From NCBI RefSeq assembly GCF_006345805.1, contig NW_021831869.1:1-63450 (forward strand): DNA of 63,450 nucleotides. The letters are read 5' to 3'. This stretch comes from Octopus sinensis. Its lineage: Eukaryota. Positions 13,365-27,410 of this stretch are shown in pieces (position 1 is the stretch's first letter; each line of letters begins with the position of its first letter). Both the position numbers and the translations under genes were made by a program. The notes beneath the pieces were generated by a model. The model was not told where the DNA came from. It made no database searches and saw only the letters and a program-made list of their open reading frames with translations.

Positions 13365-13409
<45 letters not shown>

Positions 13410-13414
<5 letters not shown>

Positions 13415-13645
13415 ATTTGTGTCTGTGTTTTTCCCCACTCATCATCGCTTGACAACCGATGTTGGTATGTTTACCTCCCCGTAACTTAGCGGTTCGGCAA
13501 AAAAGACCGATAGAATAAGTTGTAGTCTTACAAAGAATAAGTCCTGGTGGGTCGATTTGTTCGACTAAAGGCGGTGCTCCAACATGGTCGCAGTCCATGC
13601 TGTACTGAAACTTGAGACTGAAACAAGTAAAAGAATAAATGAATA
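13410..13645 (+). mobile_element. SINE family B 3' half
   Basis: Contains CATCGCTTGACAACCGATG, CCCGTAACTTAGCGGTTCGGC and the family tail. Confidence 0.85.
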
Positions 13646-13765
13646 TATGACAAAGAAATATTCTGTGAAACATTTATCTGAAAAGTTTCACGGTTTGAAA
13701 CGAATGCGGTAGTAAAGACTACCGACTTCTTCTTAAATTCTGACTACCACCTTAAAAGGATTCGA

Positions 13766-13986
13766 GCGAGGTCGTTGCCAGTACCGCCTGACTGGCCCCC
13801 GTGCCAGTGGCACGTAAAAAAGCACTCACTACACTCTCGGAGTGGTTGGCGTTAGGAAGGGCATCCAGCTGTAGAAACTCTGCCAGATCAAGATTGGAGC
13901 CTGGTGCAGCCATCTAATTCGCCAGCGCTCAGTCAAAATCGTCCAACCCATGCTAGCATGGAAAGCGGACGTTAAACGATGATGAT
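13766..13986 (+). mobile_element. SINE or RTE-related 3' segment with a (GAT)n tail
   Basis: GTTGGCGTTAGGAAGGGCATCCAGCTGTAGAAAC motif, which I recall from RTE-associated repeats, and a GGACGTTAAACGATGATGAT end. Confidence 0.6.
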
Positions 13987-15161
13987 AAAATCTGTGTACC
14001 CCTTCAAGCAATCTGTGAGTGTGTGTATATGTATGTGTGTGTATATGTATGTGTGTGTAATCCAGCGTACACGAATGGATATCTACAACCGAACACGAAT
14101 ACTCGTATGCATTAATATTGCACATGCATAACAGTGGCATGCTCAAATTTCTGCACCTAGGTGGATGCTGGCTAACAGTGGGACTGTCGAGGAGCATATG
14201 GTGTGGATTCTTAGAGATTACAATCGAAGCTCAATTTATGCCCGATCAGGTATCACTGTATCATATGAGAAACCTGCTCAGCATCTACCCACTCCACAAC
14301 TAATTAACCCTGCTTTTAATATTTTAGAACGACCTGGCTGCATTCTGTTCACGCATGGTGCCTCCTGTCAAGATTGAATATAGACGTTAACTACGAACTG
14401 GGTCAAGATAACCACTTCAATACATGGCGGTGCAAATGGAAGAGCAGTGTTCTGTACGTGTGGGATAGAGCGTGTGTGTAGATGTTCGTGTATTCATGCA
14501 TACATACATACACATATATAAGGTTGTGTGTGTGTATGAGAGAGAGAGAAAAAGTGAGTGAGAGAAAGATCTATATATCGATGGATAGATATGGATATAT
14601 AGAGAGAAATATACACGTTTTTATACACATACATATATGCATGCCCACATATATCTACATATACTCACACATAAATATGAATATTTATTTTCATATGTAT
14701 ACAAACATACATAACAATGTGTGTGTATGCCTATACACTCTATATCTATCTATATACACACATAAAGGTGTGTGTGTGTGTGTACATGTCTATCTGATAT
14801 ACACACCTGTTGCCAACGCTATTCTTTTTCTTATTTCTTTGCTTGTATCGTATTTACTTATTTCAGTAAACTTTCAAAGTACAAGTCTGTTATTACGTCA
14901 TAGAATTGCTATTGTTGTTTAACCCTCGGTCAGCTCTTAATGAACGATCTTCTAATCAAACTGTGATTATCCCTTCAAATAATAGATTTTGTTTTTCTGT
15001 AACTCCATTCTTTCTTAGGAGATTTGAGTGCAATCCGAGGGAAATTTGGCTGCTATTTACAGGCGTTTAAATAACTGTATGCATAATACATTATTGGTAG
15101 ACAAAATGGGACGTTGAGGCGTTCATGCTAATATGGATTATATTTGTCTAATTCTCATTTT

Positions 15162-15360
15162 AGCACAAGGCCAGCAATTTTGGGGGAGGTGCTACTTTAT
15201 TACACCGACCCCTGTGTTCAACTGGCGCTTATTTTATCGACCTCGAAAGGATAAAAGGCGAAGTCGACCTCGGCGGAATTTGAACCCAGAACGTAAAGAC
15301 GGACGAAATGCCACTCAGCATTTTGCTCGGCGTGCTAATGATTCTGCCAGCTCACCGCTT
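15162..15360 (-). mobile_element. SINE family A, older subfamily
   Basis: AAGTCGACCTCGGCGGAATTTGAAC and CGTGCTAATGATTCTGCCAGCTCACCG. Confidence 0.85.
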
Positions 15361-15743
15361 TATTTGCAGAGGAAAATATTGTGAGATGAAGTGGCTTCGC
15401 TTGTCAATTGAAACCGTGTCTGTAGGTCTTAGTTTGCAGAGCGTTCAAACCCCATGTTCCACCCCTTTTCACATCTTTTATCCTATATTTTGGTAACTAT
15501 TGCACCCTTGGTTAGAGAATTTCTATCAGAAGTTAACTAATGTCACCATAGCGACACCGATCGGGGAGTACTGTTGCCACTGTGGTGGAACTAATATCAC
15601 AAAGTATGTTCGAAAACATTTTTCGTTAGTGTATTATACGCGTTTAGTATTATACGTACATTTGCATATAGACATTCATACACACACACACACACATCAC
15701 ACATACACACACGCACGCACGTATGCATTCACTGTGTATGTCA

Positions 15744-15804
<61 letters not shown>

Positions 15805-15855
15805 GATATATTTATGTAATAGCTACATACTTGTATGTGTGTGTGTGCATCTGAG

Positions 15856-15899
<44 letters not shown>

Positions 15900-15912
15900 A
15901 TAGCTACATACT

Positions 15913-15960
<48 letters not shown>

Positions 15961-16775
15961 AGCTACATACTTGTATGTGTGTATGTGTGTAAACACACAA
16001 ATTACTTCGCATAAACCATTGAAAAATACAAACGTGTAAGTTTACTACTTGAGGGCAAACCCTGAGAAGAATCGAACCAGGTTTCGTGACGTCACCAGAC
16101 AGGTGATCCTCTGAGTGTCGAGTTTCAGATTACCACGTGATTGTATGTACATTGATATCAATTCATAACATATTTTGAGTTCGAATTTCAAATGTAGATC
16201 GATGATTGAGGTTAGTCAATGGATAAGTTTCGCGAGAAGGCAAGCCGCCAGTCAGACAGGCAGCCTGCAAGACAAGCAGGAAAACACATGCAGAGGCGGC
16301 GGCGGCGGTGGTGGTGGTGGTGGTGGTGGTGCTGGTGTAGGGTGAGGTTGCAAACAGGTAGATAAGTGCGGGAGGAAAGTATGTTGGCAGGAAGTGATGT
16401 AGGTAAGAAGGCAGTGAAGTTAGGTTGCTTACTATGCGTATGTACCTGCCTGAATGCATACAAGCGTACGTACATAGACACATACATACATACAAGCTGT
16501 ACGTACGTACATACATACATACAGACACAGGTACATACGGTATACGTACATGCATACATGATTGCATGCTAACATATACACATGTGCTTGAGTGCGTAGT
16601 TAAACTGATGCATACTAGGATAAATCGATAGACAGACAGATAGATAGATAGATTGATAGGAAAGTAGATAGATAGATAGATAGGAAGATAGATTGATAGA
16701 TAGATAGGAAAGTAGATTGATAGATAGATAGGAAAGTAGATTGATAGATGCGTAGATATATAGATAGGAATATAG

Positions 16776-16809
<34 letters not shown>

Positions 16810-17319
16810 ATTAAGTGAGTGGCAAATAGATGAGTATTTAGGGCATTAGGTATGATAAATGTGAAAATCTTTAGACGAGTGCTGCGACACCAAGAGTTCC
16901 CACAGAGAGTAGCCACAAAAACTGACTAAGAATATGGCAAACTCTTTTCTTCTGTTGTCAGTAAAACGAAAACCCGTACATGACAAGGAAAAAAATCAGA
17001 AATATAAAATGGTTGAATAATGAGTTATGGATGTTCTTTTCTTATATTGTAAATTATTCACTTTAAATCTTGTCTAACTAAAAAAATAAGAATTACTTCC
17101 CCTGAACAACGTTATGTAAAATTCAACTGAAATATCAAAATGGTGAGATGTTGTCCGTTGAAATAGTTACTTTTTACGTCTTAAAGGTATATAGCCGACG
17201 ACAGATGGGACAGTAAAAATAAAGCAATAGATAGCCCACTATGTATCCCTTGATACATTTATCCCTGTGTCTTTGTGAATAAGGATGATGACTAGTTTTT
17301 ACCAGGCCTAGCATTTACA

Positions 17320-17640
17320 AAAGATCGATAAATGTACATACAAGTTAGAATATTATGCAATTTTTGGAAATTTGTCTGTTCTTTTAATTTCACTTCATGT
17401 TGACGAAAAGACACCTGCTCCCCGATTGCCTCATTTGCGGAGTAGGCAACTGTGCTAAGCAAATTACAGCGCCATTTTGCAAGTGAACTTTCTTTTGGCG
17501 GGAAAACATATTCATTGCTTCAAGCGGCTTTTCCCGAACGTTAAAAAGCAAGGCTCTACTTTCACTAAAAGAAGTCCAGTGTTCAGAAATGTCTCAGGTA
17601 GCTAGGTTTGTTGCTTCAGAACACATTGCCAATGAACTCT
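17320..17640 (+). pseudogene. Decayed hAT (Charlie/Buster-like) transposase, N-terminal zinc-finger region
   Basis: Frameshifted peptides CLICG and SKLQRHFASE, and ASEHIA further on, resemble the CxICG...PSKLxRH motif of Buster/ZBED5-type transposases. Confidence 0.6.
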
Positions 17641-19675
17641 ATTTTCAAAGAAAACAATCATTGCGTTCCTCTAGCCTTCAACTCCTTGTCTTTGTATGCT
17701 TGGATTCTCAGCCTTAGCAAATATAAAAACAATAAGGGAAAACATCATCCGCCATTTTGCATCGATCAATACGACAGATGAGGAGAAAAAAATTTTTTAC
17801 CAGTATCTGACCTCGGATTACAGAAATTTAGCAAAATCTTCAAAGACCGCTTTCCCAATAACGGTGTCAGTGATACACTTTTAGCTTGTTCCATAAAGTT
17901 CCAGAGACTCAACATCATAATATAATAAACTGTTGTTATTAATCCTAACTATTGACTAACATCAAAACGTAAGAACAACCGCCCCGCCCCGCCACACACA
18001 CACACACACTGCCATTTACTGTAATTTTTTTGTTTTAGGTAGTGCCATGGAATTTTCTGGAGATGAGGAAGGGGTGGAATATAAATGGGGTACCACGGTA
18101 CGTTAGATGCTTATTTAGGCATGCTGTAAAAAAAAAAAAAAAAGGGTTAACAACCTTATGTGATGTGATGAATAAATAAGCGGGTTGGCAGTTGGTGAGT
18201 GTGAGACAATCAGACCGGCAAGAACACTAGATAGATAGTTAATGGGTAGACATGGTTGAAAGGTAAAATCGGGTATATATAGTGGGTGGTGAAATAGATA
18301 GATGTGGGGGAGATAGAGAGGGTAAGATTGACGGGTATTGTTGATTGGCAGTAATATGAGTAACATACAATTTTAGGTGGGTGGGGTATAACTTTTGTTA
18401 GGACTCAGTCGCAATTGGCTCTGAATGTACATAATTACAATCAAAGACGTTCTAGCCGCGACCATCTCGGTTTTTTTCCAGGCTACTTTATCCAGTATGT
18501 TTTTCTTTTTAGCGAGATTTTGTGATGTTTTGTTTATTTTTTTCTGGAGATTAAGCTGCAGTTTTCACCCCATGTACCTTCATTAATTTGTAAATTAATA
18601 GCTCTATCGCATAATGAGAACAATGCTATTGATAAGATCATCATATTAGTTTCCAGCTGCAATTTGTAATAGCCCAACATGTTTATTCTTCGCTCAATGT
18701 ATCTTTCCACTGCTACACATAATTAACAAAAGCAACAATTCCTCGACTAATTAGAAACAGCATCAAAATCGTTCTAATATTACGTCTTAATTTCCTAAAA
18801 AAATACAAGATTACACATTGGTTAATATATTTATAGATGCACTAAGCTTACAAAACAGACGGTAGGGTCTCGAGAGGAATGCCTCTGATCACAGGTCAGC
18901 TCGACCTGAACTGGTGTTAAACAATTACAGATTTTCGGATTTCTCTCGCCCACCAAGATCATCCGTCCTGATCGTGTCTTTTCCATTGTATGTTAAAATT
19001 CATTTGTACCTTAAGGATGAAGTTCTCACTCTAAATTTATGTTTTAACCTCCTTCAAAACCTTCTACATAATGTGTCAGTCATTCGCATAATAGTGACAT
19101 TTCAGCTCAGACTTTAACGATCTGGAACTAATTCATCCTGATGGAACATGGTCACTTATAATTCTCCAGCAAGCACAATGATTCAGTCGCTCCATTTATC
19201 TCAAAAAAAGTAGTCCTGCTGCACCACAACATCTCTAGTTAAGGGGTCGGGGAGACAAAATGAATAAGTCTCTATTAGTCGCGACTCTGCAAGAAATAGT
19301 TGTTATTTTGCCCTCAAATCACATTTCGTCGCATGAGAAAACGAAAAAAAAAACAAAAAAAAAACGCTAGACAGTGATGTTCTAGATATAGAAAAGATGA
19401 GAATGATCTGGGGTCACATCACAACAGGGATTCTGCTCACTACATATCCCAAGAAGTTGAGGAATTCGTATCAGACCTCGATTAAACTTTGGCAGTTCTT
19501 AATTGTAAAGACCACTACTGATCACTCTTGGACAATTTATTCATTTATATGGAATAACGGTGATGTATGTGGCTACATGCTGCTACCATTGACCATATTG
19601 TAGGGCATCTGATATTTATAAGACATGTGGCCCTTGTGTAATTATCCTTGGATAAATTAGTGAAATTATAGTTAC

Positions 19676-20088
19676 AGGCGTGGCTGGGTGGTAAGAAGTT
19701 TGCTTCCCAGCTACATGGTTCTGGGTTCAGTCCCACTGCGTGGCACCCTGGGCAAGTGTCTTCTACTATAGCCTCGGGCCGACCAAAGCCTTGTGAGTGG
19801 ATTTGGTAGACGGAAACTGGAAGAAGCTCGTCGTATATGTATATATGTGTGTGCGTGTGTATGTGTATGTATGTGTGTGTATATGTTTGTGTTGTCTGTT
19901 TGTTCCCCCAGCATCGCTTGACAACCGATGCTGGTGTGTTTGCGTCCCCGTAATCTAGCGGTTCAGCGAAAGAGACCGATAGAATAAGTACTAGGGTTAC
20001 AAAGAATAAGTCCTGGGTCGATTTGCTCGCCTATAAAGGCGGTGCTCCAGCATGGACGCAGTCAAATGACTGAAACAAGTAAAAGAGT
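19676..20088 (+). mobile_element. SINE family B, near full length
   Basis: Has the Pol III head, a GGCACCCTGGGCAAGTGTCTT CORE-like block, an internal microsatellite and the conserved tail. Resembles the octopus CORE-SINEs (OR-type) from memory. Confidence 0.88.
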
Positions 20089-20120
20089 ATATATATATAT
20101 ACATATATAGAGAGATAGGA

Positions 20121-20408
20121 GGAGCACTCCGTCGGTTACGACGACGAGGGTCCCAGCTGATTCGATCAACGGGACAGCTTGTTCGTGCAATTAACGTGCA
20201 AGTGGCTGAGCACTCCACAGACATGTGCACTCTTAACGTAGTTCTCAGGGAGATTTAGCGTGACATAAAATGAAAAGGCTGGTCCTTTGAAATACAGGCA
20301 CTACTCATTTTTTGCCAGCTGAGTGGATAGGAACAACGTGAAATAAAGTGTCTTGTTTAAGGACACAACACGTCGCCGGAAGTTGAACTCACTAAGCCAC
20401 ACGCCTTC
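20121..20408 (-). mobile_element. SINE family D (same head and core as family C, different 3' part)
   Basis: Shares TTTTGCCAGCTGAGTG...AACGTGAAAT with family C. Its distinct 3' part (AGCACTCCGTCGGTTACGACG) recurs at 30437. Confidence 0.78.
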
Positions 20409-20424
20409 ACACATACACAACACT

Positions 20425-20457
<33 letters not shown>

Positions 20458-21096
20458 GTATATGTATATATTGCTTATATATAGGTAGATACAATTAGAT
20501 GCATGCGCATCGTTGAACGACACCACCACAGTTACAGTGATCTCTTCTCGCACCCTCACACTTCGAAAAAGTGAAGAGATACCTGAAATATATTCATAGC
20601 CTAAATATTTAAATGTTGCTGGCTCAGCTCACTTAACTTTCGGATGATATCATGTGTAGACAACCGAATCATTACGATTATGTAACAGACATCTTTGCTT
20701 AAAAAACTATAAGCCTTTGCTTTTATATATTTGTATATATGCATCTATATATGTTTGTGTATATATAATATATATATATATATAATATATATATTATCAT
20801 TATTATTATTATTATTATTATTATAAGGGAATATTACTTCCAAGTACACAGGAAAAAACATTCAAATTAGATGTGCTAAAATGAAGATCTCCCAATGTTT
20901 AATTCGTATATATAAAAGTATAAAGGGAAAATAGAGGATTCAGAATAGATATAGTTAGTATAAGATTTAATTTTTAACATTTTATGGAGTAGTAGGTATA
21001 AAACTTTACTTTACAGTTTTGATTGAGTTGAAGGTGGTTCTAACTCTAAAATTACATATATATACACACACACACACACACACAACACACACACAC

Positions 21097-21127
<31 letters not shown>

Positions 21128-21143
21128 CCACACACACACACAC

Positions 21144-21182
<39 letters not shown>

Positions 21183-22135
21183 GCCAGCCAGTGAGAGACA
21201 AATATCATTTAATATAGAATGAAAATAAGAACTACTTATAGTTTCTTGCCATTAAGACACGTGGTTAAGTTTTATAACGTGCCTTGTGCCTCCAAGCAAT
21301 ATGCAAGCCCAAAATTGCTTGGAGACCCATTTAGCAGATATAATGTCTGCTTTATGTATGTATGTATGTATGTATGTATGTATGTATGTATGCATGCATG
21401 CATGCATGTGTGTATATATATATATATTTACGCACACATACACATATATACCTATATATGTGTGTGGATGACTACATATACAAATACTAACAGACTAATA
21501 CATAAACTCACATTTGCTATATTCTTCACTGTCTTTCTCTCTGTCTTACATCTATGCACACACACACACACTCTTTCTTTGCCTCTCTCTCTGTCTCTCT
21601 CTCTTTCTCTCCCAAATCTACAATTCTTTCCTGTTATTCCTCTCTCCAAACCTATTTACTTGACATCCATTTAGCTTAAATATGTGTGTATGTATATAAA
21701 TATGTGTGTGTGTACATATATATATATATGTGTGTGTGTGTATACTACAACTGCAGTTCCCGGAAAACTTGATATGGTTTTAATTTCGTAATATACGTGT
21801 TTCAGTAGAGTATAGGAAATACATTATAAGTAGTAGTAGTAGTAGTAGTAGTAGCAGTGGTGGTGGTAGTAGTAGTAGTAGTGAATTTATAATATGTTAC
21901 ATGTACAGAAGTGTAGAACATTCAAACTGCGACTCTCTGGAGAAAAATTGGAAAAAGATATATATACTTTATGTACACACACACACACACACACACACAC
22001 ATATGTGAATGTGTGTATATGTATGTATATATATATATATATATATATACATACATATATATATATACATGTGTATATATGTATATATATATATATTATA
22101 TATACATACTATATATATATATACATGTGTATATA

Positions 22136-22194
<59 letters not shown>

Positions 22195-22237
22195 GAGTAT
22201 ATATATATATGTGTGGGTATAGATATGTATATATATA

Positions 22238-22582
22238 TGGAGTGGCTGTGTGGTAAGCAGTTTGCTTACCAACCATATGGTTCCGGGTTCAGTCACAATG
22301 CGTGGTACCTTGGGCAAGATTCTTTTACTGTAGCTTTGAGAGTGGATTTGGTAGACGGAAACTGAAAGGAGGCCGTCATGTATATATATATGTTTGTTTG
22401 TCTGTGTTTGTCCCCATAACATCGCTTGGCAACCCATGCTGCTGTGTTTATGTCCCAGCAACTTAGCGGTTCGGCACACCAGATCGATAGAATAAGTACT
22501 ATGCTTAGAAAAATGAGTCCTGGGGTCGATTTGCTCGACTAAAGGCGGCCGCAGTCAAATGACTAAAACAAATAAAAGAATA
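22238..22582 (+). mobile_element. SINE family B, near full length
   Basis: Colinear with 19676-20088 and contains CCTTGGGCAAG. Confidence 0.85.
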
Positions 22583-22622
22583 ATATATATTTATATGTAT
22601 ATACGTATGAATATATTCATTT

Positions 22623-22624
<2 letters not shown>

Positions 22625-22668
<44 letters not shown>

Positions 22669-22868
22669 TGTATATATATATATATATATTATGTATATGT
22701 ATATATACATGTATATTTATGTGTGCATATGTATTATATATATATATATATGTATATATACATGTGTATTTATATGTGTGCATATATATATATATAATAT
22801 ATATATACATGTGTATTTATATGTGTGCATATATATATATATATATGTATATATAATGTGGATTTATA

Positions 22869-22910
<42 letters not shown>

Positions 22911-22946
22911 ATATATATATATATCTATGTATATAATATATATATG

Positions 22947-22982
<36 letters not shown>

Positions 22983-23022
22983 ATGTATATTATATATATA
23001 TATGTATATATATATATATGTA

Positions 23023-23054
<32 letters not shown>

Positions 23055-23236
23055 GATATATATATTTATGTGTATATATATATGTATATACTATATATAT
23101 ATATACATATCTGTATATACATATATATGGATATACCTATATATATATTACATATCTGTATATACATATATATAGATATACATATCTGTATATACATACA
23201 TATATGAATATATATATATGTATATCTATATATATA

Positions 23237-23275
<39 letters not shown>

Positions 23276-23630
23276 TGTGTGTTGTGTGTGTGTGTGTGTA
23301 TTTCGTCTGTAATAGTACAATCAGTCAGCATTTGTTGGTTCTATTCTACAATCCACACTTAACCATCAGCGCAATCATCATCGGGAATGTCCAGGAAAAT
23401 ATGTTTTATTATATTTTAATCCATTGGCTGGCCATCCATCTCTATGTGGATGCATGTGTGTACGTATTCATGTATGTAATTATGCGTGTGTGTGCAAGAG
23501 TGTATATGTGTGTGACTGTATATGTTTATCTACATGTATGTACATATATTTGTGCACGTATATGTTTGCATACATGTACACATACAAACTTATCATATTA
23601 TCGTGTATGCATGTATTTAAATGTTTACAG

Positions 23631-23672
<42 letters not shown>

Positions 23673-23782
23673 ATGATGCATGCATGTTTCAATATATATG
23701 CATTAATCTGTATATATAATATGTGAACATCCACGCACACACATATATTAGTGTGCATATAACGTGTGCAGGTATCATATAT

Positions 23783-23827
<45 letters not shown>

Positions 23828-23856
23828 GTATATATATATGTATATATACATAAACA

Positions 23857-23901
<45 letters not shown>

Positions 23902-23986
23902 ATATATACACATATATATGTGTGTATATATATATATATATACATGTATATATATGTGTGTGTATATGTATATATATATGTGTGTG

Positions 23987-24017
<31 letters not shown>

Positions 24018-24300
24018 ATATACACATATATATATGTGTGTATATATATATATATACATGTATATATATATGTGTGTATATATATACATGTATATATGTG
24101 TGTGTGTGTATATATATATATGTGTGTATATATACATGTATATATGTGTGTGTGTGTATATATATATATGTGCATATATATACATATATATATGTATATA
24201 TATATATATGTGTGTGTGTGTTTGTATATATATATATATGTGTTGTATATACATATATATACATACATATATATATACACACACAAATGTATGTATGTAT
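22625..24300. repeat. Two long (TA)n/(TG)n compound satellites (22625-23275 and 23715-24300), the second with recurring ACATGT-punctuated units
   Basis: Seen directly. These tracts produce the Y/I/C/V/H/T-rich ORFs. Confidence 0.9.
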
Positions 24301-24879
24301 GTGTTGCTCTGTTGATATTTACTGATGTCTCTTCTCCTGAGTGTGTATTTTCGTGGAACATCTTTTCACTCGGTGGTTTATTGTTTCAATTGCTACTGGC
24401 GCCGTCGCCGCCACCGCTACTGCTGCTAGTACTGCTGCTGCCGATTTGTTCATGGCAGTGTTAGTGATGGTAGTGATGCTGACGATATATTCTTTTTTTG
24501 TTTTATTTTATTACTATCCTTCATTTTTTTTCATAATTCATCCCCCCCCCACTCTCTTCCTTAGCGTCAATCAATAAACAGGTTTAATATCAATGAAGCA
24601 ATATATAATTGATTCAGTCATTTGCCTTCCATAAAACATTTCTACATTCTCATCATTTTACTCTCAATGTCATCACTAACGTCGCTGTCATCGGCATATT
24701 CGTCATCTTCATCATCATTGTCGACATCATCCTCACATTCATAATTCTCTTTTTCTTCAGCATTGGCATCCAACATTTTCATATATGTGTGCGTATATCA
24801 TATATATCTATGTGTGTGTGTATCTATATGAATGTATGTATGAGTATGCATAATTCTATATGTTTTTCATATAATGTGT

Positions 24880-25027
24880 GTGGTGGTCCAAATCGAATAT
24901 GCAATCTAGGTGGGTGTCTTTTCAAAACATTGTCTGGTTTAAAAAGCCACATCAGATGCCATGATGGTTCTAAAGTGTATAGGTACAGGAGGTGGTCAAA
25001 CTCTGCATAAGGAGTAGACAACCACCA
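24880..25027 (+). mobile_element. 3' end of an RTE-like LINE with a degenerate C-terminal C2H2 finger
   Basis: ICNLGGCLFKTLSGLKSHIRCH followed shortly by a stop resembles the C-terminal finger of RTE ORFs. Confidence 0.5.
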
Positions 25028-25544
25028 ATATGTATATATATATATCGTTTTGGGATTTGGTTTGCAAGATTCTTTGAGTTCGTGTGTTGAAGCATATTCT
25101 GGTGTGTCTGGGGAGAGTCATTTTCTTTTATGATTTAACACACTCACCGGTAAAATTTCCACTTATTTCTTATTTTCATTTTCCTAAAATTTTCGTTGCG
25201 TTTTGCAAAGACTATACAAAAATCCGTAACAGCAATGCACTAGTTTGCTGTAATTCCACGCGCAGGCCATCACGTCTAAATGACGTCATATATCACATGA
25301 CTGATCATTTATCCGCCATTCTCATATTAAAAAATTTATGGGTACCATGATTGCTGCAGGCGGCAAACTAAGGCAAAGGGAATTTTAACACGTGGCCCCT
25401 TACATACATACATAAGGGCATATACTTTCGTGTACACATCTACAAATGTGGATGACTACACAGAATTTAAAACACAGTGCTATACATATTTGAACACATA
25501 CATACATTCGGATGCATGAATATACGCTCATCTCTCTCTCTCTC

Positions 25545-25586
<42 letters not shown>

Positions 25587-25767
25587 ATATATATATTATA
25601 TACATATACAGATACTCGCATACGTACATCCGTGCATAGTTAGAGAAAAAAGTTTCATGCGCGGGCATACATCAGTGTGTATCATACTCATTATTACGAT
25701 CCTATGATACACAGTATCATACGTAAGCTACAGCTAAAAATATACGTATGCACACAGTGGTATAGTG

Positions 25768-25805
<38 letters not shown>

Positions 25806-26536
25806 AGATTGTATTTCGTTTGCAAGATTATTGATGTGAATTCGTGTATTGAAAGAAATACTATTGAATCTTGGGAGGGGCTTTATGCCGGTAATAATAA
25901 ACACACGCACCGTTTGGTCCGTTACTGTTAGTTAAGGGGTTAGTTACTTCCCTAACAAATTTATCGATCAGCTGTTTTTACTAGTTTTTCTAACTCATAT
26001 GTTAAATACTTCGGTCAAATCAATGGTTCAAATGTTGATTAATTTTTGTGTTGTCATTTCTGCTTTTTTATTTATCAAATTATTATTTCATCGAATTGTT
26101 GCAATCTCTTCAGTGACACTTCTCTTTAGTATATATATATATATATATCATTGCTATTATGCAAAATTGTCGTAAGTCCAAAACGTTGCTTTCTCAGAAA
26201 ACAAAATAATTGTTTCACTATTCCATTTTTTCCAACAGTTTCGGCTTCAGAATAATATTTTGTTGGGTGCATAAAATCGTAACCCTATGCTCGTATGCTA
26301 TTTTCAATCAGAAATACTTTTGGAAAACTGTCATATGTCGGACTTACTACACTTTTGAAAAATGCTAAACCGTAGTACAATTTTCAGATCTTGGCATCTG
26401 AAGCAGCTGGAGATACGATAGTTTGAGCAAAAGAACCGACTTTTGCAAGCAAAATTAAATACTGAAAAACAACGCATTTGGCTTAATTTGAACATACGAC
26501 AGTTTAACATATCAGCAACGACACACACACACACAC

Positions 26537-26580
<44 letters not shown>

Positions 26581-27111
26581 AGGATGTCTTTGTTATATTC
26601 ATATGAAGACAATTATTTAATGTGGTGTATAGCTTTTGGGGCTGTTGAAAGCCCTCATTTAATAATGTTACAATACCTCACATCCAGTAGTTGTAGTAGT
26701 AGTAGTAGCCATTAGTCTATATTTCAAGCAGCTGTGAACTGTATAAAAAAAAGGTTAACTTAATAAACGAAAGGGTTCTCCATTAAATTAATTATGCGAT
26801 GTAGAGTGTTATAGTGTTTGAAATAGGCGAGGTATATAGAGAGAAGGGGTTAACTTAATAAGAGCGGATTTATATTGGTTAGATGTGGTAGGTCTAGTAC
26901 TTGAAGTGCTGACGACAGTTGATGTGCTCGTGAGTGGATGAGCCGATTCTTTGACATCAGGTTTTACGGGAATTTTCATACGAATTCCGTTGCAGAATGG
27001 TAGATGCATCTCTGTTTACAAGCTTCTTAACACCGGCAGTTATAATATGGATGGACACGCTCGCATACACACACATACACTCAATGCACACATTTATATA
27101 TAAATATGTAT

Positions 27112-27174
<63 letters not shown>

Positions 27175-27177
27175 TTC

Positions 27178-27410
27178 TGTCATTCTTTTACTTGCTTCAT
27201 GCTGGAACATCGCATTTTATATCGAAGAAATCGACCCCTGGTGTTATTCTTTTAAAGTCTGGTACTTATTCTATCAGCTTTTTTGCCGAACCGCTAAGTT
27301 ACGGTGACGTAAACACAACAACATCTGTTGGCATGCGATGGTGGTGGGGGAACAAACAAAAAGAGATACACACACACATATTCCAATGACTAAAACAAAT
27401 AAAAAAGTAA
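27178..27410 (-). mobile_element. SINE family B 3' half
   Basis: TTTTGCCGAACCGCTAAGTTACGG block in reverse orientation. Confidence 0.75.

Noticed and set aside
16060-16110. Minus-strand CTGGTGA-CGTCAC-GAAAC-CTGGTT
   Set aside because: There is no room for stem II and no adjacent stem I. A GTGACGTCAC palindrome explains it better.
18039-18097. Strong acceptor plus GCCATGG and a GTACGT donor, a possible small exon
   Set aside because: In the Islet frame it gives an immediate TAG, and its ATG frame has the wrong phase for the expected LIM2 exon.
26809-27009. Minus-strand Ser/Thr-rich ORF (KIPVKPDVKES...)
   Set aside because: It has no recognisable homology and no convincing splice sites.
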